Shown: one piece after another, positions 19,717-30,378 of the stretch
Layout: every line of letters starts with the position of its first letter
How positions within the stretch are numbered: position 1 is the first letter of the stretch
Made by a program: the position numbers and the translations under genes
Notes under the pieces: model-generated
What the model saw: the letters and a program-made list of their open reading frames with translations, nothing else
The model's database searches: none
What the model was told of the DNA's origin: nothing
Origin: Candidatus Portnoybacteria bacterium RBG_13_40_8
GTDB lineage: Bacteria; Patescibacteriota; Minisyncoccia; RBG-13-40-8-A
Reading direction: 5' to 3'
DNA: 64,000 nt
Assembly: GCA_001819435.1 (NCBI GenBank)
Contig: MHMT01000003.1
Location: 5,797-69,796, forward strand

Positions 19717-20881
19717 TATCATCGTTAAATTTTTTCTGAATATAGAGATTTATATTACTAAGAATATCTACGATCTTTTTACTAGAATTTGGTTTATAAT
19801 AGATATCTGATGACGGATATGGTCCGTGCGAAATTTGTTTAAGAATGGCTTTTTTGATTTTTCTTCTGTCATAGTCAACATCAATAACATTTTCAGCTCT
19901 CATTCTGCCATCTTGTCTAGTGCCAATATTAACTACCGGGATTTTCAGATAAGAACATTCTTTTATACCGGCCGATGAATTACCCACCAAACAAGAAGTT
20001 TTTTTCAATAAACTAATAAATTCTTCAGGTAGCAAAAACTTAATAAAGAGAACACTTCTGTCAAGATTATGTTTCTCTCTGTAACGTCGTAACATTCCAG
20101 AAATTCTATCTGTTCCAGCATCAACGTTTGGCCAGAACCAGATCGTAGGAATATTCAGTTCTGATATTGATTTTATTGTTTCAATAATATTTTTTTCGTT
20201 CATCTCTATCTCGGTGGTAACGGGATGCTGTGTTACAATCAAAAAATTCTTATTAATATCAACCCTAGCTCCCAATCCCATATTATTAATTATTCTATTG
20301 GTAATTTTAAAATTATTTTTAGCAGCAATTTCCAACCCAGGGCAGCCAACATTAAAAACATAATCAGGTCTTTCTCCCATTTGAATAATTCTTTTCTTGG
20401 AATCTTCATTGGTAGCAAAATGAATATGAGCTAATTTCGTAATAGCATGCCTGACGCTTTCATCAATATTGCCGCTTACATCCCCGCCTTCAATGTGGGC
20501 TATTGGAATATTTAGGTAGGCAGCTGCTATGGCAGCAGAAAGCACTTCGTATCTATCGGCTCTTAATACAACAATGTCCGGCTTTAATTTCTCAAAAGTT
20601 GAGGTAAATTCAATTACACCCAAGCCCGCTGTTTTTGCCATGGATACATTGTTTCCTCCTTCTAGGGTTATAGAAACGACGGCACTAACATCCAATCCAT
20701 CGTGCTTTAACCATTTATCAACTTCACCGTATTTGCTAAGTATGGCAGAGCCGCCAATAACGATCTGTAAATCCACATCATCCCTTTTTTTCAATTTTAC
20801 TAAAATCAGTTTACTCCTGGCATAATGAATTGTGCTCGTTATAACAAAACAAATTTTTCTTTTTTTGGTTTGATTCATCAT
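19709..20881 (-). CDS. neuC: UDP/GDP-N-acetylglucosamine 2-epimerase (hydrolysing)
   Basis: ADRYE, HIEGGDVSG, DESVRHAITKLAH, GNSSAGIKE. Confidence 0.9.
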   Translation of the reverse strand: MMNQTKKRKICFVITSTIHYARSKLILVKLKKRDDVDLQIVIGGSAILSKYGEVDKWLKHDGLDVSAVVSITLEGGNNVSMAKTAGLGVIEFTSTFEKLKPDIVVLRADRYEVLSAAIAAAYLNIPIAHIEGGDVSGNIDESVRHAITKLAHIHFATNEDSKKRIIQMGERPDYVFNVGCPGLEIAAKNNFKITNRIINNMGLGARVDINKNFLIVTQHPVTTEIEMNEKNIIETIKSISELNIPTIWFWPNVDAGTDRISGMLRRYREKHNLDRSVLFIKFLLPEEFISLLKKTSCLVGNSSAGIKECSYLKIPVVNIGTRQDGRMRAENVIDVDYDRRKIKKAILKQISHGPYPSSDIYYKPNSSKKIVDILSNINLYIQKKFNDDNV

Positions 20882-20882
20882 A

Positions 20883-21995
20883 TTATTCTAAATATTCAAG
20901 CTTAATTGGATTATATTTATTTAAATCTTTTTTGGTTTTTTTACCAACGACGTCCCCGAACTTATCAGAGGGTAAACCATTAATATACTTTTTTGGTCGC
21001 ATGGCAAAAATCATCTCTTTAGTTATAACTGTACCAGCTGGTATGTTGGCTCCGGCTACCAATGACTTATTAAAATATGGCCTGAATTTATTATTGGCGC
21101 CTTCAAGTTCTTTTTCTTTTATTCCATAAAAAGTACTCTCGTCCATATTTTTATATTCATTATTGCGGATAGCGCTTACCATTTTTTTCATTTCTTCTGG
21201 TGTGATAGAAGCCTTATGATCGGGTCCCCATAAATCCCTTGAAAAAGAAAAATGCTTTTCAATAACCTTGGCGCCAAGTTTCACTGCCGACAACGAAGCA
21301 TTGGGACCCAAAGAATGATCGGAAAATCCAACAACTATATCCGGATATTTTTCTTTCAAATATTCTATGGTAGATAAATTAAAATCTTCGGCTGGGCAAG
21401 GATACTGACTGACGCAATATAAAACCGCAAGTGGCACTCCTTTGGACTGGATGTATTTTATAATTCTATCCAATTCGTCCAAGCTGACCATTCCGCTTGA
21501 AATAATAATCGGTTTACCTGTTTCAATCATATAATCAAGCATCACATAATCCTGTACATCGCCAGAGCCGACTTTCCAAAAAGGAACCTCAAGTGCATCC
21601 AATGTTACAGCTGCCTTACGACTCATGGGCGTAGAAAAGAAAATAATTCCTTTTTTGTCGCAATATTGTTTTAATGGTTTCCAAAATTCTTCAAAGGGGG
21701 TAGCATTGGTGTTTCTTTTAACCCAGGAATACCTATCGCTCTCCTTAAAATGTGGCGAGACGATATTAATGTTCATTTGTTCATCTTCAAGATTATGAGT
21801 TTGAAATTTTACCGCATCAGCCCCTGATTCCTTAGCTAATTTTATTAACTTTTTGGCGTTTTCTAAATATTCTTCTGTTTTTTTTTCTTCTTCTGACTGA
21901 ATAAAGTTCTTGCCGATTTCGGCAATAATAAAAACTCCTTTTTGAATTTTTCCCCAAATATATTCTTCGTTAAAATTATTTTTATTTTTATGCAT
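20883..21995 (-). CDS. neuB: N-acetylneuraminate synthase family protein with SAF domain
   Basis: GADAVKFQ, KVGSGD, CVSQYP, GFSDHS, IEKHF, GPDH; atypical EIGKNF in place of EIGxNH. Confidence 0.88.
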   Translation of the reverse strand: MHKNKNNFNEEYIWGKIQKGVFIIAEIGKNFIQSEEEKKTEEYLENAKKLIKLAKESGADAVKFQTHNLEDEQMNINIVSPHFKESDRYSWVKRNTNATPFEEFWKPLKQYCDKKGIIFFSTPMSRKAAVTLDALEVPFWKVGSGDVQDYVMLDYMIETGKPIIISSGMVSLDELDRIIKYIQSKGVPLAVLYCVSQYPCPAEDFNLSTIEYLKEKYPDIVVGFSDHSLGPNASLSAVKLGAKVIEKHFSFSRDLWGPDHKASITPEEMKKMVSAIRNNEYKNMDESTFYGIKEKELEGANNKFRPYFNKSLVAGANIPAGTVITKEMIFAMRPKKYINGLPSDKFGDVVGKKTKKDLNKYNPIKLEYLE

Positions 21996-22051
21996 AACTT
22001 TCTTTCGGTTGCCCTTGAAGACCAGTCGAAATTTTATTACTGGGTATAATT

Positions 22052-23488
22052 TTAATTATTATTTTTTTCTATTTCTAATAAAATTCCTTGAAGGATATTA
22101 TTTAGGCTTTCTTGTTTGGTGAGTTTAGAGGTTTTTTCAAGATCGGGACAGATATATCCATGGATGGTTGCGTTGTCAAAACATTTTAAATAATTGATAA
22201 TTTTTTGCTGGTTTACAACAAAACCACTTGCGATTTTTTTAAAAGCATTTTTGCATGATTCAACGTCTTTAACTTTAAATATTTCCGAGCAGTCCCTATA
22301 CCAGGGATAACCAAAAACCAAGCTTGGTTTCGACCTTAAAATTGCCTCCCATGCAGCTGTTCCGGTAACTGTAGCAACTGCCTGAGATTTATTAATTAAG
22401 GTATACGTATTAATTTCAACCGGGATTACTTGAACATTTTTTAATTCGGCTATTTTTTTGTAATAACCTTGATACCGGTAGTAGAAAAACCTTATTCCTC
22501 GACGAATCCATTGGATTGGATGCTCTTTTACATAAATAATCCAACCCGGAGGGAGCGAGGCGGATAAGGTTTCAATCATTAAAACTTGGTCAACAAATAC
22601 GTCTCCTTGAGGAGAGGTGGTGCATTCGGGTTGGACTTGAAGCGCTACATAAATAAATTTTTTATTAAAATCAGGTTCAATTTGAATGCTTTTATATTCT
22701 TTTTTAAGGTTTTGTTCAAGTCTGCTGTTTATGCTTTGCATTATTAGTTTTAAAAGAGATTCTTCTTTAAGGTATTTTTTCAGTCGTTTTAATCTGTGCA
22801 CCAATGAATTAGATTTAGAATATCGATTCCTTATTATGTCCATGGATACTATTGTCCCGTTTGGCGCAGAGTTACGGTTAGGGTCTGTTTGTAATTTGTA
22901 GTATTCTTGTAGGTCATTACTTAAATCTTTTAAGGAAAAATTTTTATCCTGATTTTTTTTAAGCTCTTTATGTAAATTATCGCTTCCTTGCCAAAAATCA
23001 GTATAAATTAATGTTCTGTCAGTGGTTTCTGCGTCTTCAAGCACAATTGTTTTGATATTTAATAAGTGTCCTAATTCATAAACAAGATAACTACTAATAT
23101 CGTGCGGAATGGTTTGATTAATAATTATATCCGGTTTGTATTTTTTGAGGACACCGTACCAGTATTGCAGCATATTATAATATAAATGTTTGCGTTCATC
23201 TGTTTGCAGCTTGCCAGTTTTAGCCCTGTTCATCATTGTTAAAATTAAGGATTCGACTTTGTGTAATCGCTCAATCAAATCCTTTCCCGGTGGTAGAAAT
23301 CCAGACATATCAATGCCCTTGGCTGGTATTCCAGATAGGGCATCCAAAAGATTATGGAAAATAGTTTCCGAGGGTTTATATTTTTCTCCCCTGTTAGCCA
23401 GCCAGTAAACAATCTTATTTGATTGTCCCTTTAATGTTGAAAGGATTATTTCTGGATCTGAGCTGTTCCATGTTAAAAATATTTTCAT
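22052..23488 (-). CDS. Capsule polysaccharide biosynthesis protein (KpsS-like; putative nonulosonate transferase)
   Basis: YVALQVQPE, YVKEHP, TVTGTAAWEA. Confidence 0.65.
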   Translation of the reverse strand: MKIFLTWNSSDPEIILSTLKGQSNKIVYWLANRGEKYKPSETIFHNLLDALSGIPAKGIDMSGFLPPGKDLIERLHKVESLILTMMNRAKTGKLQTDERKHLYYNMLQYWYGVLKKYKPDIIINQTIPHDISSYLVYELGHLLNIKTIVLEDAETTDRTLIYTDFWQGSDNLHKELKKNQDKNFSLKDLSNDLQEYYKLQTDPNRNSAPNGTIVSMDIIRNRYSKSNSLVHRLKRLKKYLKEESLLKLIMQSINSRLEQNLKKEYKSIQIEPDFNKKFIYVALQVQPECTTSPQGDVFVDQVLMIETLSASLPPGWIIYVKEHPIQWIRRGIRFFYYRYQGYYKKIAELKNVQVIPVEINTYTLINKSQAVATVTGTAAWEAILRSKPSLVFGYPWYRDCSEIFKVKDVESCKNAFKKIASGFVVNQQKIINYLKCFDNATIHGYICPDLEKTSKLTKQESLNNILQGILLEIEKNNN

Positions 23489-23500
23489 ATACGTTCTTAT

Positions 23501-25282
23501 TTATTTTCTAATATTATAAATCTTATAAAAATAAGATTTTTTATCTTTTAATAATTCACCTGGTATACCTTGTTCAATAATTTTACCTTTTTCTAATATT
23601 AACAACTTATCGCAATTAATTACAGTGGATAATCTATGGGCAATCGCTAAAACTGTAATTTTACCCTTAAGATTTTCGATTATTTTCTGGATTCGTATTT
23701 CTGATTCGTTATCAAGAGCGCTGGTTGCTTCATCTAATATTAGAAATTCTGGATTTCTGGCCAGAATTCTGGCTATAACGATTCTTTGTCGCTGGCCGGC
23801 CGACAAGAATATTCCTCTTTCTCCAATAATAGTAGAAAATTTCTTTGGTAGGGTTTGTATAAAATCATATATATTAGCCTTTTTTGCTGATTGTTCTATT
23901 TCTTCTTTATTAATAGTATCATCATAAAACCTAATATTATTAGTAATAGTATCATTTATCAAAAATATGTCTTGGGGAATATAACCAATATTTTTTCTCC
24001 ATTGTTTTATATCAATTTTTGAAATATTCTTTCCATTCATTAAAATTTCACCCTTACTAAGAGGGAATAGCCGTAAAATTAAATCAACAATAGTAGTTTT
24101 CCCGACCCCAGAGGGGCCGATTAAACCGACCATTTCTCCTTTTTTAATATTAAAACTTAGATTGTTTAAAATTATTGCACTTCTATTATAGGAGAAATTT
24201 ACATTTTTAAGTTCTAAATCATTATCAAACTTGAAATGACCTGAGCCCTTGATTTTTTCTCTATTTTTGTCAACCTCTTTTTCAAAGATTAATACATCCT
24301 CCAAATGGGGGACTAATTCATTTGCCGTGTGCAGTCCTTGTTGCAGATCTTGAATATATTGAAAGATTTTATAGATTAGATATGTTATTGGAATAAAGGC
24401 GGCAAAACTGAAATTCGGAGATTTATATGCGAATAAGAATACAATGCAAACAAAAATTAAACTAGTTGGTTGAAAAAAAAGGTGGGCGCAGTTTTTTAAT
24501 AAGAAAATTTTTACTTTAATTTTTTTTAGTTTGTTAAAATATTTTTTTCCAATTTCAATAATTTTATCGTTAACAAACATCGTTTTTACTGTTTTTATTC
24601 CTATAATATTTTCATTAACAAAATGAGCAACCTGCTTATTTGTGGTGGCTACTTTTTGAGCAGCTATTCTTGTTCTATACATCAGGGGTTTAAAAGAAAA
24701 GAACAGAATACTCCCCATGACAAGAGCAAATAGTGTGATACGGGATGAAATATTGATTGCTACTGTTGTATAAATTATTAGACCCGTTAATGTCATTACG
24801 GCCGCGCTAATGGTATTTAAAAGGCTCGTACTATTTGCTATATCCACTTTTAAAATAGTCTCTAAATAGCCCAATTTTTGTTTTATTAGATAGGACCAAT
24901 TAGCGTTTATGGTTTTGCTGAACAAATTATTTCTGGTTTGTTCTTCATAATTTGCGCTAATTTTAATTCTAATATAGTTGCAAAAAACTAAAGCGATGGC
25001 TTTGAAAACAAATAATAAAACAATAAAGACAAGTAAATATTTTAAACTGAAATCAATATTAAAATACAAAAAAGCTTTTTCAATGGTTTGAGATATTATA
25101 TCAGCCTCGCCAAGCCCTTCTTCTGTGGCAAGAGAAATTACGGGAATTGCAGCATTAATTCCAATGCCTTCTAATGTACCAGTTACAAATCCTAATATTA
25201 TTAAAAGGAAAATTTGTAACTTGTATCTACCAAAAGCTTGTTTTGATAATTTTGTTATTGTTGTTAATCTATTTTTTGACAT
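23501..25282 (-). CDS. ABC transporter permease/ATPase (MsbA/PglK-like glycan flippase)
   Basis: N-terminal TM domain, GPSGVGKTT Walker A, LSAGQRQR, LILDEATSALD; start placed at ATG 25282. Confidence 0.9.
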   Translation of the reverse strand: MSKNRLTTITKLSKQAFGRYKLQIFLLIILGFVTGTLEGIGINAAIPVISLATEEGLGEADIISQTIEKAFLYFNIDFSLKYLLVFIVLLFVFKAIALVFCNYIRIKISANYEEQTRNNLFSKTINANWSYLIKQKLGYLETILKVDIANSTSLLNTISAAVMTLTGLIIYTTVAINISSRITLFALVMGSILFFSFKPLMYRTRIAAQKVATTNKQVAHFVNENIIGIKTVKTMFVNDKIIEIGKKYFNKLKKIKVKIFLLKNCAHLFFQPTSLIFVCIVFLFAYKSPNFSFAAFIPITYLIYKIFQYIQDLQQGLHTANELVPHLEDVLIFEKEVDKNREKIKGSGHFKFDNDLELKNVNFSYNRSAIILNNLSFNIKKGEMVGLIGPSGVGKTTIVDLILRLFPLSKGEILMNGKNISKIDIKQWRKNIGYIPQDIFLINDTITNNIRFYDDTINKEEIEQSAKKANIYDFIQTLPKKFSTIIGERGIFLSAGQRQRIVIARILARNPEFLILDEATSALDNESEIRIQKIIENLKGKITVLAIAHRLSTVINCDKLLILEKGKIIEQGIPGELLKDKKSYFYKIYNIRK

Positions 25283-26693
25283 AATGTCTCGCACCCCTGA
25301 AATTAATTTTTTCTTTAAAGTATAAATCATAAAAGCTCTTTATTAATCTGTTGGCATTATTCATATCTTTTGTCGTGTGCATAAAATGATCAGTTATTAA
25401 TTCTTTATTTGCTTCGTATAATAATTTATAAAATTTTTCTTTCGGAATATCGGTGAAGTTGACGGTTAACAAATCCGAATTCTTGAACTTATTGAAGAAA
25501 TCTTCTGGTCCGGACAATAAACCTCTGTCTATTGCTTCGTAATATAGGTCGCTTCCGGGATAAGGAGTTACGGGTCTAATTGTTCTGATTTGATCGTATA
25601 AATTATATTTTTTGATTAGTTTTACATTATTCTTCAAGGATTCTTCGGTATCTCCTTTATTGCCCCAAATAAAATTTAATCCGAGTCCCACTCCCGCTTT
25701 GTTTGTGATCTCTGCGGCCATTATATTTTGTTCAACTCTAGTGTTTTTATTCATCAAATCCAACACCCTTTGGTCTGAAGATTCCATTCCAAAATTAATA
25801 AATTGACAGCCGGATTCTTTTAAGCTGTTAACGATTTCCTCGTCAAAAATATCTACCCTTGCATTACATGAAAATTTGATTTTAAGATTATTTTTTTTTA
25901 AAGCGTCCCGAAATTCAAAAATCCTCTTTTTTGAAAAAACGAATAATTCATCACCCATGAGAAAATAATTGACACCATATTTACTGTTTAAAAGCAGAAT
26001 TTCTTTTATGACATTTTTTACGCTTCGAAACCGTATTCCTTTTTCCATCCTGTAGCAAAAATTACATCTGTTAATACATCCTCTGCCAGTTAGAATGTCT
26101 AACGTTTTATCATCTTTGGTTCCCCTGAATAGTTTTAGGCAGGTAGTATATTTATCCATTGGGAATAGCGACCAGTCTGGAAAAGGAATGGAATCTAAAT
26201 CTCTGATAGGTTCTCTTCTTTCATTAATTATTATCTTTCCATTTTTACGATAAGCAATGCCTTTTACCTTAGAAAGATCCGAACCATTTATTTTACATTT
26301 TAACAAATCAACAATGGTTTCTTCTGCCTCTCCTATTGCAATAATATCTGCTTTAGTTTCTTTCAGCACATATCCGGGTATAGGAGATGGTCCGGGGCCG
26401 CCCAAAACTAACCAGGCATTTTTTTTGTATTTATTTATTGTGTTGCAGAGTCCAAGCACAGTTTCCTTGAATCTTGCCGCCAAAAAACCAACGCCAATCA
26501 AATCGTAGTCTTCATTTTTCAAAAAAAGATTAGCCAGTTCTTCATTTGAATAATGGAAAACATCTTGACAACATATCCCTACATTAAATCCTTCTTTTTT
26601 AAGCACGGCAGCCATATACGCATATCCCAGTGGTAAATAGTTGTCTTCTTGATATATGTCGTGAACAATTAATAATACCTTTCCTTCTCGCAT
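25269..26693 (-). CDS. Cobalamin-binding radical SAM protein (candidate Fom3-like methyltransferase)
   Basis: PLGYAYMAAVL, GGPGPS, GEAE, GRGCINRCNFC; directly follows pepM-ppd-adh. Confidence 0.88.
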   Translation of the reverse strand: MREGKVLLIVHDIYQEDNYLPLGYAYMAAVLKKEGFNVGICCQDVFHYSNEELANLFLKNEDYDLIGVGFLAARFKETVLGLCNTINKYKKNAWLVLGGPGPSPIPGYVLKETKADIIAIGEAEETIVDLLKCKINGSDLSKVKGIAYRKNGKIIINERREPIRDLDSIPFPDWSLFPMDKYTTCLKLFRGTKDDKTLDILTGRGCINRCNFCYRMEKGIRFRSVKNVIKEILLLNSKYGVNYFLMGDELFVFSKKRIFEFRDALKKNNLKIKFSCNARVDIFDEEIVNSLKESGCQFINFGMESSDQRVLDLMNKNTRVEQNIMAAEITNKAGVGLGLNFIWGNKGDTEESLKNNVKLIKKYNLYDQIRTIRPVTPYPGSDLYYEAIDRGLLSGPEDFFNKFKNSDLLTVNFTDIPKEKFYKLLYEANKELITDHFMHTTKDMNNANRLIKSFYDLYFKEKINFRGARHYVKK

Positions 26694-26732
26694 AATTTAA
26701 TTAGATTACCGTTACTATATTAATATTGATGA

Positions 26733-27896
26733 TTAATAAATCTTTTCTAATAATTTTCTTAAAATTTTCTTTGTTACAAAACGAGGATTATTAGCCACTT
26801 TATTTGAAGTAAGGCCATGTTTAATTATTGTTTCAACATCAGTAATCCCGACCTTACTTAATGAAGTTTCTAATCCGATTGATTTCATAACGCCATTGAT
26901 TTTATTACAGGCTTCATTAACAGTATTGCAACCGAGATTTTTGACAACTTCCATAATTTTCTTTTTTACAAATTCCGGACCTCTTTTATCATTACAGTCC
27001 TTACCCGTCACGTCATAGTTGTATTTTAAAAACATTGATAAGGTTAAAGCGCAGGCATGTCCGTGAGGAATATTAAAAAAGGCAGTCATTGGATAAGAGA
27101 CAGAATGTACGGCCGTAGTAGCGGTCTGACTGAAGGCTTGACCGGTTTCAATAGTAGCTAGCATCATTTGTTCACGATAAAATAATTCTTTTGGTTTTTT
27201 GACTGCGTTTTCTAAATTATTAATAGCTAATGACATGCCTTGAGCTGCATGAATATCAGAAAATGGAGTTGAATGAATTGACCAATAAGCCTCTGTAGCT
27301 TGAGATAGAACATCCAGTCCTGTACAGGCCGTGAGGAAAGGGGGCATACTTAAAGTTAATCTCGGATCACATATGGCCGCCAAAGGAAACATCAATGGAG
27401 AACTAAGGGAGTATTTTATTTTATTTTCTCCCCAAATTGTTGCCCAAGGAGTAACTTCGCTGCCAGTTCCTGCTGTTGTGGGAATTGCTATAAAAGAAAT
27501 TCCTTTTTTATTTAATTTTCTTTTTTTTGTAAGAAAATCAATCAAGGTCCCCTTATTATTAGCAAGTATTGCTGCAGATTTTGCTGTATCTAAAACACTA
27601 CCTCCCCCTATAGCAATAATTAAATCAGTTCCGAAGTCTCTAATTAAATGTCTTACATTTTCTATTTGGGTTACATTTGGTTTTGGGGGAATTTTACTAA
27701 AAACTTTGATTTTTATTTTTGGAAAAGAGTCTTTTACCTTTTTAAATGTTTTGTCTTTCAAAACATGTTTACCTACAACTAAATAAACCCTTTCCCCTTT
27801 TGTTTCTAAAATATCGGGTAGGTATTTTAAAATTCCTGAACCAAAATATATTTTTGTGGGAAGATAATATTTATTAAATTTTTTTAATTTGAGCAC
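26733..27896 (-). CDS. Iron-containing alcohol dehydrogenase, probable phosphonoacetaldehyde reductase (FomC/PhpC-like)
   Basis: IGGGSVLDTAK, PTTAGTGSEVT, HSVSYP, PHGHAC; adjacent to ppd. Confidence 0.85.
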   Translation of the reverse strand: MLKLKKFNKYYLPTKIYFGSGILKYLPDILETKGERVYLVVGKHVLKDKTFKKVKDSFPKIKIKVFSKIPPKPNVTQIENVRHLIRDFGTDLIIAIGGGSVLDTAKSAAILANNKGTLIDFLTKKRKLNKKGISFIAIPTTAGTGSEVTPWATIWGENKIKYSLSSPLMFPLAAICDPRLTLSMPPFLTACTGLDVLSQATEAYWSIHSTPFSDIHAAQGMSLAINNLENAVKKPKELFYREQMMLATIETGQAFSQTATTAVHSVSYPMTAFFNIPHGHACALTLSMFLKYNYDVTGKDCNDKRGPEFVKKKIMEVVKNLGCNTVNEACNKINGVMKSIGLETSLSKVGITDVETIIKHGLTSNKVANNPRFVTKKILRKLLEKIY

Positions 27897-27906
27897 GAAC
27901 GGTTCT

Positions 27907-29034
27907 CTATTTATTTTGAAGAAATTTCATAAATGCGATTTTGTTTTCTTGGGGTGTTTTGGTCGGTCTTCCTAAATTCTTTCTTGAGCCTCTTTTTATT
28001 TTTACAATCAGCATACTAGGACATTTTTGAAATTTTATTGTTTTAACAAAATTAACTAATTCTTTTTGCGTCGTTGCAATTTTAGCGCTTTTATATCCGC
28101 AAGCTAATGCAATTCTACTGAAATCAGCAGAATTAGAAACAGTTTTTTGGCCGCCGGTTGAATCGTAAGTATTATTGTCGAAAATTATATGAAAGAGATT
28201 CTTGGGCAAGAAATGACCTATGGTAGCCAATGTGCCCATTTTCATTAAGACAGAGCCGTCGCCATCAAAAATAAAAATTTTTTTTCTGGGCTTGGTCAAG
28301 GCAATGCCCAGGGCAATACCAGCAGAACAGCCCATTGAGCCAACTACATAAAAATCAGTACGATGGTTTTGTTTTTTTATTTCTCTGCATTCAAATAATT
28401 CTCTTGAGGTTTTGCCGGTTGTAGAGATTATTGCTTCATCACCTTTTAGATTAGCAAGTATGATCTTAATGGCTTCTTCTCTTGTTAATGAATAAATGTT
28501 TTTTTCTTCTGCCTTAGATTGGCAGGATTCTATTGTTTCTTTTTTGACGATGATAGCGTAGGGTGAGCCGTTTTTTTTCAAGTATAGTTTGGCTTTTTCA
28601 ATTTCTTTTGCTGCCTTTACCTGATCTGGGGGAAGAAAGCTAAAGGGGATGCTTAAGGTTTTTAGCAATTTTAAAGTGATTCTGCCCATTTTAATGTGTT
28701 GCGGTTCGTCTTTTTTCCCTGGTTCGCCACGCCAGGAAATTAAAAGCAAAGCCGGAATACCATAAATAGCTTTATCCAATAATGAGGTTAGGGGATTGAT
28801 GGAATTTCCCAAGCCGGAATTTTGCATATAAACCATCGGAATTTTTTTGGTAGCTAAATAATAACCAGAAGCAATGGCGCACGCTTCACCTTCGCTGGTA
28901 GCAGGAACATGATTAAGTTTGCCAGTATCATTTATATAAATCAAAAAATCCTTAAATATACTGCAAGGAACTCCCGTAACGAAAGTTAAATCTTTCTTTA
29001 TTAATAAACTGATTAATTCATTGTTTTTAAGCAT
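27907..29034 (-). CDS. aepY: Phosphonopyruvate decarboxylase
   Basis: GVPCS, YMQNSGLGN..NPL, WRGEPG..DEPQH, STTGKTSREL, VGSMG, DGDGSVLMKMG, LGRP. Confidence 0.93.
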   Translation of the reverse strand: MLKNNELISLLIKKDLTFVTGVPCSIFKDFLIYINDTGKLNHVPATSEGEACAIASGYYLATKKIPMVYMQNSGLGNSINPLTSLLDKAIYGIPALLLISWRGEPGKKDEPQHIKMGRITLKLLKTLSIPFSFLPPDQVKAAKEIEKAKLYLKKNGSPYAIIVKKETIESCQSKAEEKNIYSLTREEAIKIILANLKGDEAIISTTGKTSRELFECREIKKQNHRTDFYVVGSMGCSAGIALGIALTKPRKKIFIFDGDGSVLMKMGTLATIGHFLPKNLFHIIFDNNTYDSTGGQKTVSNSADFSRIALACGYKSAKIATTQKELVNFVKTIKFQKCPSMLIVKIKRGSRKNLGRPTKTPQENKIAFMKFLQNK

Positions 29035-29035
29035 A

Positions 29036-30355
29036 TTATTCTATGGTTGGAATTAGTTCTAGAATTTCTTTAATAGACAGACAAAACTTATCTGCTTCAT
29101 GGGCTCTATTGTGTTTTAATATTAATTTTGCTGTTTTTACCATAGCAGGATAAGCGCTCCTTAACAGCTGATTTGCATATATTACAATTCTGACTCCTGC
29201 TTTGATTAATTCTTTTTCCGTTATTTGGTTGTATGTTGAAGGCACAACCACAAGAGGAACTTTATATTTAAATTTCTTATATTCTTTGCAAAATTCGAGT
29301 ATTTCCTTCGGGTCTTTTTCTTTACTATGTATCATTATGCCGTCAGCCCCTGCATTTATGTAGGCTTTTGCTCGTTTAAGGGCATCTTTTAGCCCTGCTT
29401 TTAAAATCAAGCTCTCAATTCTAGCTATAATCATAAAATCATCTGTCACTTGAGCTCTTTTACCCGCAGAAATTTTATTACAAAAACCCTTTATAGTATC
29501 TTGGGCTTGTTTAACGCCTGTTCCAAAAAGAGAATTTCTTTTAGCGCCGATTTTATCTTCTATAATAACGGCGGAAACACCAAGCCTTTCAAGAGATTTA
29601 ACCGTAAACATAAAATGCTCAGGCAGTCCTCCGCTGTCTGCGTCAACAATCATTGGCTTGGTTGTTACCTCTAATATTTGTTCAATTGTTTGGATTCTGG
29701 ATGTAATGTCTACTGCGGCTATATCTGGCTTGCCTTTTGATATTGAATCAGTTAAACTGCTTTCCCACATACCATCGAATTCACGAACTTTTCCGTTTTT
29801 ATTGATCTTTGTTTTTTCAACTATGAGTCCGGTTAGTCCATTATGAACTTCCATAATTCTCACTAATGGCTTAAGCTCCAATAACCTCCTAAGCATTTTT
29901 AATCTGTAAGCAGGAGTAACCCCTACTGCAACTACAGAACTAATAAGTTGTGTTGATGATATTCCTGGAACAAATTTGCGTTCAACTAATTTACCATGCC
30001 ATTCTTTAAGCGCTTGAATAACTCTTTTTCTTGTTTCTCGTTGAATACCTGTTTTCCAATCATCTCCGTGAACAACATAATCTGGCTTGATTTTTCTCAA
30101 ATTCGGAACATAATCTAGGGTTGTCTGGGCTACTATATTCTTTACTCCTGCAATATTCTCCACTATTTTTTTTCTTTGCTCATATGTCAAAAACGGCACC
30201 CTTTTATAACTAGCTATGGCTTTATCTGTTAGTAAGCCAACCACTACATCTCCTAATTCTTTTGCTTTTATTATGGTATTTATATGCTCCGTATGAATAA
30301 GGTCAGCGCACATTCCTATATATACTATCTTTGGTTTTTTTTGTTTATGTTTCAT
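29036..30355 (-). CDS. pepM: Cytidylyltransferase-phosphoenolpyruvate mutase fusion (Fom1-like architecture)
   Basis: PepM signature [29 protein letters not shown]; N-terminal CTP-transferase domain (HTEH, VHGDDW, ISST); start placed at ATG 30355. Confidence 0.95.
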   Translation of the reverse strand: MKHKQKKPKIVYIGMCADLIHTEHINTIIKAKELGDVVVGLLTDKAIASYKRVPFLTYEQRKKIVENIAGVKNIVAQTTLDYVPNLRKIKPDYVVHGDDWKTGIQRETRKRVIQALKEWHGKLVERKFVPGISSTQLISSVVAVGVTPAYRLKMLRRLLELKPLVRIMEVHNGLTGLIVEKTKINKNGKVREFDGMWESSLTDSISKGKPDIAAVDITSRIQTIEQILEVTTKPMIVDADSGGLPEHFMFTVKSLERLGVSAVIIEDKIGAKRNSLFGTGVKQAQDTIKGFCNKISAGKRAQVTDDFMIIARIESLILKAGLKDALKRAKAYINAGADGIMIHSKEKDPKEILEFCKEYKKFKYKVPLVVVPSTYNQITEKELIKAGVRIVIYANQLLRSAYPAMVKTAKLILKHNRAHEADKFCLSIKEILELIPTIE

Positions 30356-30378
30356 ATTACTTATTTTTTTACTTATTT

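Noticed and set aside
25269-30355. Calling the cluster a fosfomycin antibiotic pathway
   Set aside because: No HppE/Fom4 epoxidase, FomD or FomA/FomB resistance kinases in the window; the context is glycan biosynthesis
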